From Antedon mediterranea (Eukaryota; Animalia; Echinodermata), in the NCBI RefSeq assembly GCF_964355755.1, contig NC_092674.1, positions 2,542,001 to 2,606,000 of the forward strand: a DNA stretch of 64,000 bases. The letters are read 5' to 3'. Shown piece by piece: positions 27,901 through 38,100 of the stretch; position 1 is the stretch's first letter, and each line of letters opens with the position of its first letter. A program made the translations under genes and the position numbers. The notes beneath the pieces are model-generated. The model made no database searches, had not been told where the DNA came from, and worked only from the letters and a program-made list of their open reading frames with translations.

Positions 27901-28159
27901 GCGCAGCTTTTGCTAATACTGGTAAAACTGTTTGTACTATTTTGCATTGTTCATCTTTTGATGCACCTTCAAACAAAAACTTCTCTATAAGATGATGAGG
28001 CGTGGATGCCGATTCCGCACCGTGAACCCGACGGGCAATTGCCAAGAGGGCATCTGAAGCTTCTTTGATGCTACGAACATCAAAAAGTTTGCCAATCAAC
28101 ATAGAAATCTTGTTCCAATCTGGTCGTTCACAGGGTAGACTAAAACAGTGTGATTCCAT
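18925..28159 (-). CDS. Degenerate PARG-like domain joined to a long region of AKAP-like amphipathic helices (7 coding exons)
   Basis: Phase-consistent exons 27844-28159, 26394-26526, 25098-25260, 24513-24680, 21849-21957, 19309-21762, 18925-18950. PARG-like blocks occur in PARG order: IVQTVLPVLAKAAQ, FLVSLMANCVLCTIP, YEKLRCVFKFF...GKVVFK. The 2.45-kb exon has repeated helices such as SIDSLASKLASAAVSDGI and EFAYDLANNILASAF. Confidence 0.72.
19803..20056 (-). repeat. Coding tandem repeat, 87 bp (29 aa) x3
   Basis: PKITSIDSLASKLASAAVSDGI(H/Y)K occurs three times with near-identical DNA. Confidence 0.95.
23099..23221. mobile_element. Harbinger-like MITE family A
   Basis: Perfect TIR AGCTCTGTCTACACTATCAAACT; flanks TAA/TTA. 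Confidence 0.8.
23939..24112. mobile_element. Harbinger-like MITE family B (palindromic ~175-bp copy)
   Basis: CGTGGTTCCCACTA...CTAGTGGGAACCACGCT; nearly identical to 43162-43340. Confidence 0.8.
24720..25042 (-). mobile_element. tRNA-derived SINE (family 2)
   Basis: The minus strand reads GAGGGTGTGTGGCGCAGTG (A box)...GTTCGAATC (B box)...CCTTAGGCAAGACACTTTAC...CCACCCAGGTGTATAAATGGGTACC, a central block typical of deuterostome SINEs. Confidence 0.7.
26572..26705. mobile_element. Harbinger-like MITE family A
   Basis: Family TIRs with TAA TSD at 26569-26571 and 26706-26708. Confidence 0.8.
26853..27205. repeat. 18-bp minisatellite ATGGGATTATACTTAA(G/T)C, ~19 copies, intronic
   Basis: Directly visible; only two unit variants. 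Confidence 0.97.
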
Positions 28160-29197
28160 TCTAATACTTTTCTGTCAAAAATAAAAAATAGAGTTTAATA
28201 ATAAAAGTCTGTCTAATATGGTATATTATTATTATTATTATTAATTTAGGATCAGGTGCTGTTTTCGGTCACCTCGACTTGTATGGACTATACCATTATA
28301 AAAAGATGGAAAAATAGGGATGTCCCATTTATTAATTGAGTGTGCTAATGTGTTAAAATAATGCTGCTTTTGTTCTTTTGTTTAGTGCATTATGTTTCAG
28401 CAACAAAGGGAAAACAACTACGCCCTGCATGCTGTAAAATTATTTGCAGTTTTCAAGTTAATACATTTCATTATTGGTGCTCTTTATTTCTATATAATTT
28501 TTTAGGTATCCTTCCCTAATATGGATATTAGGTGGATATTGATTTTTTGGGTTTTTCAACTGTTTCTAGGCGTACTACTACAGATCTAGGCTAGGTTGAC
28601 ATTACTGAAAATAAACTAGCATAATCTAGCTAGGCCTAGGCCTAGGCTACTCCTACGTGGCCGATGGGCCCACTCCCACACTGACTGGCATCCCAGCTGA
28701 GCCTGAGCTACCTATCTATGCTAGGCCTACGTATGGAAATATTAATGTTTTACACTAATTTTTAGATACAATTCACCTATTCAACATTTAACAGAACTAG
28801 TAGGCTTACGTTATGGATATAATGTAACTTTGATTATATTATTTAGGTCAATTCGCTAGGTAGGCCCCTCTCACTCATCAGCAGACAATCAGCACAGGTC
28901 CTCTTTCAACACTGAATGTCGAGTTTTGTTTTCTTTTTGCACGACGTTTTGTTGATATAGCGTCCTCTATTAAATCGAAAACTTTGGATTCCTGGTTTTA
29001 TCAGATTTTACACAGCTTTCACGCCCTTTGTATTTTAAAAACATTAAGCGTATTTCCTTTTAATCTAAACATTATTAAGCTTAGTCTTTTTAATCTGTAT
29101 TGGATGTACATTAACATTTAGCATGGTATTACATTTTTCAATCTATTTTCGACTTGAAATTAATCAACTTTATTTAGCTTGTATAGGATAATGTTAA

Positions 29198-29530
29198 ACT
29201 CTGTCTACACTATCAAACGTTATGTGACAAAAAATGTAATGTGCCCATGTACGGACATGATGATGTCATATCACTACCATATTTGAGCATATCACTACCA
29301 TATTTGAGCATATCACTACCACATTTGAGCATATCACTACGATATTTGAGCATATAACTACTATATTTGAGCATCACTACCATATTTGAGCATATCACTA
29401 CCATATTTGAGCATATCACTACCATATTTGGGCATATCACTACCATATTTGGGCATATCACTACCATATTTGAGCATATCACTACCATATTTGATCATAT
29501 CACTACAATATTTGGGCACACGTACAGCTT
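29198..29530. mobile_element. MITE family A copy with an internally amplified 21-bp unit
   Basis: The left TIR ACTCTGTCTACACTATCAAAC is followed by ~12 copies of ATATCACTACCATATTTG(A/G)GC. Confidence 0.85.
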
Positions 29531-30402
29531 TAGCCTAGCTGAAATTAGATACAATGTTTCCGTAAAATGCGGTTCACTCTTTTACGGTAACCTGCACTGT
29601 TTCTTTTTATTGTCTACAATGATAGGGCTTGTTTATGTTTTGTCTAATCAGCCGACCCCAAAAAAATCAATCAACGATAAAAACTAAATTAAAAAAATGT
29701 TAAATTAAAAATGTAATGTGTCATCACATTCAACGAATTGAATAAAAACCCCAACCATTAACTTTCAACAAAAAGGTATCAGAAAAAAGGGTGATTTAAT
29801 AACTTGGCAAATTCTAGTTGCTAAATATTTTTACAGTCGGTCTATTGTATTGTCCCCAAAACATGAAAAATATGAACTTAAAATCAAACTTTGAATACAG
29901 ATGCATTTTTGTAAACAAAAACAAAAACGAAACAAAATGATTTCGCTTATAAAAAAGGAAAAAAGGACAAATGAAGGGTAATTTGAGAAACCCGTTGACT
30001 TCAGACAATTTAAAAAATTAAAATTGGGGTCAGGTATTTTTGGTCAAAATAGGCTTAAATATTATGTGACATGAAAAATGGACATTATATTTAAATGGCA
30101 ATTTTTAAAAATTATAGTAGAAACGAGCCTATCTGCAATGTTTTGTGCGTTTAAACGATCTTTACAGTGCAGCTATTCATTAAATCGCTTGAGCCACCAT
30201 TTACAATTGTAAAAACATTATTTTAACAAATAGATCGAATTTTATTTTGTTAGGATCAACTCATGTGAATCATCTTCATTTCGAACATACACTATAAAAA
30301 TGCACGATTTGACCTTTTTAATATCAAACATCCATTTACATATCCGAATCCCAAAGGGTTGGTTTGTCATTATCTCCTCTGCAGCCACTACTATTGAGGC
30401 CT

Positions 30403-33400
30403 AGTAGTACAGGAAAACTATGAAATATGGTTGAAAAAATTGCAACAGAATTTATTTCACCACAATGCATTTCTATAAGGTCCCTATATGAACATACTAA
30501 AAGTCTAGAAAAATCCAGGTAGGGGAAATAGGTTTTTTTAAACAAAATGGCCGCCAATGGCAAAAATTCCTAAAAAAGGACAAAAAAACATAAATGATAG
30601 ATCTAATTACCACTTTATAACAGTTTTTACAATGGTTTATATATTTCTTTACAATTTCGAAGATCTGACCTACAATAAACACATTATTTTAAGTGCTGTT
30701 AATTAGAAAATGGCCGAAAAACAAATGTTTAAGTATCTAGATATATCCCTATTGTTATAATAATATATAAAACGCAGTCCTTCCTATGCTTAATACATAG
30801 GATTACGGTGTCTATTAATAAATCAGTTCATTTACATTTGTACTGTTATAACAATACATTACAACATTGGTAGTGCCAGTGGGGAGGGGTATAGGGATGG
30901 GAGATCAAATGAGAAGGGTGAGGGAGTCCGTCCCTCCATCCCCTCTCCACAATTGGCTATTTTTTATGTAGACAATATGATGATATTTCCTAATATAAAA
31001 CAATACCCCATTGAGTGCTGTTTCAAGGATTTTCATTTTTAAAAGTGAGTAAAACTACCCTTTACCGGTATAATATTATCGGAACCTCTGGGTGCGCTCC
31101 CATTGATGGCCCAGCCAATTGATGCTGGCTGCGCTCTCCACCCCCCCCCCCCCTCATCGGGAAAATCCTTGCGCCACAATCTATTACCGTATTTATTCGG
31201 ATAAACGCTACATTTAGAAAAATCGAATAAATTCCCCCCTCCCCCTCCATAGGACATCATTTTGAATAACCTACCCCACCGCACCCCCTCCCCCGCTCCC
31301 ATCGGACATCATTTTGAATTTATTTCCTCGAATGTACGCCCCGCCACATGCATATTATACACAATATTGTATTTTAACACATCTCTATTTGTAATAGAAT
31401 TCACTGAATGGTGTTGTATTTGTTCATATCTAAAGGGTGTATTTATTTGATTATACACGTTTCCCACATTACACCCACAAAAATATACGCCTCTCCGAAT
31501 AAACTCCTCACGACGATTACACGCCCCCACTACCCTCCTTAAAAATCAACCACCAAGGGCATTTTATTCAAATAAATGCGGTAATTTCACTTTCATCTTG
31601 TCAGTATCTCATCCTCCATCTATTGGTGGGGAATTGAGCATGTGCTGATGCCGTGGCATTCTTAAAAAATAGTGGAGCAGCAGTCCAAACCATATTTTCT
31701 GCAACGGCAATTCATTTTACTACAACCTTATTTATAGGTACATCTAATCAACTTTAATAGTTTCTCTGGTGCTGGTAGTCAATTTGTCATCAATACTTTC
31801 CATCCCTAGTCTGTGGGTTGAAGAGTATTTCCTATCCACTGCTATACCTGGTAATAAAGACTCACGAAATGAAATTTTGCAGCAAGGGAATAGATTTGCT
31901 TTTTGCAACTTTCTCAAAGAAAAGAGGCTGTCTAAAGTCTCCATTGACTTCCCTCCATAATATATAATATAATATAATATATAGGTACCAATGCCAAATT
32001 CCTGATGCAATGTTTTCTTTTTTTTTTGGAAACTGTTTGGTTTACAGAATTTGACATACAACTCCTACTGTGATGTGATGATTTTTAAGACCAACACCTT
32101 TTCCTAACCAAATTTACTTACGGCCCATAATTATAGCCATTAAACACAATAGTTTACTTTGCCTTCACATAACGTAACAAACATACATGGTACATAATAA
32201 GTGTCTTGAAATGTTGCTGTTTCGGGCCAAGAGGTTTGATGTAGCAAACAGTGGGCAGTGAGATGAAGGTTTCTGAGTAGTCTAGCAGTGTGTATGGAGT
32301 CAATGGAGTAAAAGAGGGCTGCAGGAAAAGTATAAGATTTTTTTTTTGACCAAATGAGGCATTGTGTATGACTGTCTCACATAGATGATGAAATAGTATA
32401 TGTGAGGGAATGTGCACTGCTTCTTTATTGATGAATATGGTTGGTTTGACCCATGTGTTCTTTCCTCTTAAATTTATATTCTGTCACGGTTGCTTCATTC
32501 ATTGATTTAATACTGTATGTTCTCGATGGGGGAGCACTGTGAATGCATGTAAAGTCTGTCCTTGGTGTGAAGCTCTGTAAAAATTAGTTTGTTTTTTATA
32601 CATGGAATCCAGGGATATGATACTACATCCCATCTATTTGGTATAGGAAAAGGTCTTAAAAAGTCTTAACACCTGGGCAGTAGTATGCTTACAAACTCTG
32701 TAAAACCAAACGTCTCCAAAAAAAAAGAAACCATCGCATCAGAGGAATTGGCATTGGTAGCTATACTGTATGGAGGAATACGTTCTGGGAGAAAGTAGCA
32801 AAAAGCAAAACAGCACTTGAAATAAAGTCTATTCCCCCTACAACAAATGCTGCAAAATGTCATTCCCTGTGTGTATATTACCATGGTACAGCAGTGGATA
32901 GAAAGTACTCTTCAACCCACAGACTGGGAGATGGAAAGTTACAAATGGCGTGATGTGTCCATTGATGACAAATTTACCACCAGTACCACTGTTTGTGACG
33001 AATACCACGGCATCAGCACATGCTTTAATTCCTACCTATAGACAGAGGATGATAACTGGACAATAAAAATGAATGGATTAATAGATTCTAAGATTGTATA
33101 ATTCTATTGTTGTGACAGTACAAATGTAAATGAACTGTTTTATTAGACACCGTAGTCCTGCATTATAATGCATAGGACTACGTTGTCTATTATTATAACC
33201 GTGGTGATATCTTGATACTTAAATGTGTGTTTTTGTTGCTAAATAGCATTTAAATTAATATGTATATTGCAGTTTAAATGTTTGACACTAAGAAATATAA
33301 AAAGCATTATAAAAACTGCTATCAAGTGGTAATTAGATATAAAATATATGTTTTTTGTTCATTTTTAGACATTTTTCGCCATTGGCGGCCATTTTGTTTA

Positions 33401-33549
33401 AAAAAACCTATTTCCCCTACCTGGATTTTTCTAGACTTTTAGTATGTTCATATAGGAACCTTATAGAAATGCATTGTGGTGAAAAAAATTCTGTTGCAAT
33501 TTTTTCAACCTTTTACTGATTCTGAGCATATCTTTCCTGTACTATAGTG
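30403..33549. mobile_element. Large diverged palindromic (foldback-type) element
   Basis: Inverted pairs: 30405-30870/33110-33545, 31590-31660/33000-33065, 31765-31860/32875-32990, 32085-32115/32636-32662. The outer ~150 bp are nearly identical; the inner parts are diverged. No clear TSD. Confidence 0.75.
31187..31581. mobile_element. Tc1/mariner-pogo-like MITE inserted in the left arm of the palindrome
   Basis: TA|CCGTATTTATTCGGATAAA...TTTATTCAAATAAATGCGG|TA. Confidence 0.7.
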
Positions 33550-35164
33550 CGTATATTATAAGTGATACATCGAGCAACCAATTTAACTACTGGAAATTGC
33601 ACCATCGCATTGTAATAGTGTATGGTTTAAAATCGCATGTCACTACGAATCAGGAAATCATTTGTAAACAAACTTCCTAAGGTTTTGACCGTCAATTGTC
33701 CTGTTCAAGACACAATACTGTTCTTCACACACACGCACGCACACACAGTGGGTAAAGTTTCCAATCTGAAGACTGACTGCGGACCAGTGGGACCAGTAAG
33801 GTAAGTAGCCTCTGCATTGGTAGTCAAATTGATTCATTATTCCCACTTTAATTTAAAATAACTTGTAAAAAACCATTACATAAGGCTGTAACGAAAATGT
33901 ATGATTCTATGGCCTAGTCTATAATATTTGATGTGCCGTTTGTTTATTGAAGAGAAGATCAATTTATAACTCCATGATGATATCAGAGATTTCGTTCTTC
34001 TTTGATCCTGCATGCTGGGAAGGCTCATTAATGTTATTTGTGGACATGTTGGATTTCCCATTGGCTTACCGATGGCATTGTTTCCCAATCATTTTAACGC
34101 CAGCTTCCGCCATCCGTAATTTTAACCACCTTGCTATACGGATATTTGCTGGTAGGCCATGTTCACTTTCATTGATCAATACTAGGACAACAATTTATCA
34201 CCCTGCATAGTAATTTGGTAATAACAGTGATAATAATAATCTGCATTAGTACTAGTACTTTGGTAAGTGTCAGTTTATTGTTGTACGTATAATTATACTA
34301 ATTGTTTGTACGCTGTCGAGTCATGGATGGCACGGGGAATGCTTTAAATATTTCCCATGTTTTCCCTAGTAAAAACAAAAACCGTTAATTATGTAGCCTA
34401 CATCTAGTGCAAGGTACAATTAACATTTATCATTTTTTCGTATTTCTAAAAACTAAAGAAAACGACGACGGTATGAGGAGCAGCGGTTGCCTATTCCAAC
34501 AGCATACAGTACAGTAGAGTTTAATTTCCCCATGGTCGTCGCGAGGTAGGCCTACAAGAAGGTACCGGAAAATACCCCAAGGTATTTCCTGCCCATATCC
34601 TGGTTTACATAATTGTTTTTCCTGAATAATCAACCAGACTCTAAATTTAGGGAATGCGGAAGATCGTTTTTGGCTTTAAAATTCCATTTGATTGATTTCT
34701 TGTTTTTTTGTTTGTAAAATATTTCTTTTTTTTGCATGAACAAATGATCGATTAGGCCTATTGATACAATTTCAAGCGTATAACTATAATTGGTCAATGT
34801 CGAGATATACTTTATACTTATCCGGTACAATTCAATTCTCTCCTACATAAAAATATAGGTGATATAATTAACATAAGACAATTGCAACCGTAAAAACAAA
34901 CCTGTATGTAACTATATGATATACAGTCGATTTACTCTCCTTTGGGACACCCCAATTGGGGGACAGTTGGAGTGACACACAACCAACACCTATTCAGGGA
35001 ACACCTCTGTTAAGGTCGACGACACTTTTTTTGGATCACAATTAGGTTGCTGATAAAATACCAAACGAATCATACTCCAAATATGGAGTTTCATTATACA
35101 GTAGTTATTGTTCACATTTATTTTCAAAAGCTTGTATCGAATGATTTTCAGGTAAATTGTAAAG

Positions 35165-38100
35165 ATGTTTATTTTCTTGATGTTGAGTTTACTTGCTGCA
35201 CTTACCCCCCAGGAGGGGGACACGTATCGGTTCCCAAGATATCCTGCTGGTGATGGGACCACGCCAAATATCCTAGACCTTATCGAAGGGAGATGCTTTG
35301 AGTATTTGGAATGTGTGCCACCGATTAACAGCAACATCGAGTGTGACCCTGATTTTAGGTACAGTATCCAAATAAAAATTAATTCGTTTTTAAATGTTAT
35401 AATCCACAATGCATGTCTACATAGGCTACAACGTTTGGCATGGCTGTGAATTTTAAATTAGTCAATTACGATTTGGCTTATTCTCAGGAACGTGTGCAGA
35501 GAACACCATATCTGTAAAATTAAAATACAATGTAGAAGGTTATAATAATACGAGAATCTTGAAAAAAAAAAACATTTTAAAACATGTCGCCGAGGTCTAA
35601 GCGCCCACAGCTCTCAGAAGTAGTCTTCTCCCCCGTGCGGTCCCCATCTGTCACTATCCGTCCTCCATCCGTACCCCATCCGTCCGAAATCCGTACACCA
35701 TCCGTCCTCAATCCGTCCCCCATCCGCCCGAAAGTACCCCATCCGTCCTCAATCCGTCCTCCATCCGTATCCCGTCCGCCCGAAATCCGTACCCCATCCG
35801 TCCTCCATCCGTACCCCATCCGTCCTCTATCCGTCAGTTCCCCATCCGTTCCCCATCCGTTCCCCATTCGTCACCATCCGTCCCCCATTCGTCACCATCC
35901 GTCCCTCCCCCACACGTCCCCATCCGTCCTCCATTCGTCACCATCCGTCCTCCATTCTTCATCATCCGTCCGTCCCCCATCCGTCCTCCACCCTCCATCA
36001 GTTCCCCATCCGTCCGCCCGCCGTCCGTTCCGCATTCGTCACCATCCGTTCGTCCTCCATTCGTCACCATCCGTCCCCAAATTGAACATACATAATTAAA
36101 GGCATCAATGATGTTTTATGTTTTATGTTTTATTCAATTTTCAGGCACAACAATACATGACAATACAGCGGTGCCCTGAGGATTGGCATGAGTGCAAAGC
36201 ACTATCGAGATGGCTCTCCATATACTGCACTAGAACATATAAGACGAACATATACACAAGATGCTCTACATAAACAAAGACTTAATATTAAGTCTTTGGG
36301 AGTGGAGTTGTAAATTGTCATAAGAAAAAAACCCTGACATATGACAGGACTTGAACCCAGGACCCTTAGATTGGTAGCCAAGCATCATAACCACCAAGCC
36401 ACAGCTCCACTCCACAGTAATACTCATTTGGTTGTTATTTATAGGTTCAACTGCACGTCCCTCGTAATGGACTTTAAGAAGGACATTGCGTACCAAGAAC
36501 CTTGCACATTAGGACCTGATGCATTTGAGGATTTTGTAAACAACACCGCTCAGGAATTTCCTCCGAACTCAGTAAGAATCACCATTAATTCTATAAATGT
36601 TAAGCTCTGCCTCTACACTATCAAACTAGTTTGTGATGTGCCCAAATATGTAGACGTCATCGTGTCCATTATGGGCACATCACATATTTTTGTCAGTGTT
36701 TGATAGTGTAGACAGAGCTTTATGGGGAATGTTTGACAAACGGTGGGAGTTTGTTCTCGATCCAAAGATAGGAAAGGCCTAAAATTAACAAAGAAAAGTG
36801 TGCGTTCACTCGTCTTAAAGATGTATTGTCCCCCAAAAACATGAAAAATGAAGATTAATTAAATCAGACTTTGAATAGGTTATTTTGTAGTTTTATTAAA
36901 GTTAATCACTTCCGTAGGAAAAAAGAAAACATTAATGTTTTAACTTATAAAATGACAAATAAATGGTTAAATTCAACCAAAAATTCATTGGCTGGCAGTC
37001 AATTTTACTAATTTTTGCTTTAAATTACTGTTTTTTCAGGTAAATACATTTTTTTTCGATCTAATTTTTGGTCAAAGTGGATAACTATTATGTAACATTA
37101 AAATGGTATTCAACAAAAACAATTTTATTCATTTTTTTTTCAGGGGGACTATACATTTTTAAGTTAGACTTACCCCAAGTCTGTATCTATAGTTAATATT
37201 ACACGTATGAAACGCTATATATGCCAAAATATTTATCTTTTAACTAATATTAAGTCAAAACTCCGTCTGGTATAGTCTTAATCATACGAAACAGGGAACA
37301 GATATAGAGTAATGGTTTGTCAGAGACGACCATAGCAGAAACCGTAACTTCCCAGAGACAGGCGTCGCATGTGATGATATCCACGCTGTATTACAGAATT
37401 GTCCATGATACTGACATCAATATTGTCATATGTGTAGATAACCTCTGATGTTCTTATTCTTTCTATCATCAGCATCTGCTATGGTCTGGAACTAAGGAGA
37501 TTTCTCACGTGTATGGTCTATTTACCAAGCGTAAAACATTAGAAGATTCCTTGGTGGGGTTTATGATGAACGACGTAGCCTTCTGTGGGTCAGTTGAGAC
37601 TGGCTTTGACTTTCGCCAATGTCCATCTTGTCAAACATTCTCAGAATCAGCGTCTGGCATATTTTGGCCAAAAGCGTCAGCAAAGGTCAGTACAATACTT
37701 TGCTTAAAGCTTGGTTCCCACTAGAGACGCAACACAAGGGCGTACGCGCAACGCAAGCGATTTGATCAATGACAAGCCACTGTTCGAATAATCCATCAAT
37801 TGTGATTGGTCAAATCAACCAAGCTTGATCAAAAGTATATATAAAATGAATATAGTTCTTGCTTACTTACTCATAACTTTGTATCTTCTCTTTTTTTAAT
37901 AATCTCTTTTTATTTTGCTCCTGCGTCAGCCATCATCAGTGGTATGCTCAGTAACCACCATACATCTCAATCTTATCAATTTATTTTTAATAATTCATAA
38001 TTTTCAAGTATACAAATATAACATTGGGAAGATAGTCCTATAGCCAAAAGTGTTCAATTTGAGGAAGTGCACTGTCAGGTGACTTTCCCAACAGGCCTAG

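Noticed and set aside
29213-29687. HITTIFE / MVVICSN ORFs
   Set aside because: Translations of the MITE-derived 21-bp repeat.
33900-34170. Decayed Myb/SANT-like (Harbinger accessory) fragment on the - strand
   Set aside because: Only a brief W...GKQC resemblance, interrupted by stops.
35577-36099. Pro/Ser-rich and Gly-rich ORFs
   Set aside because: Product of a low-complexity repeat in cyclase intron 1.
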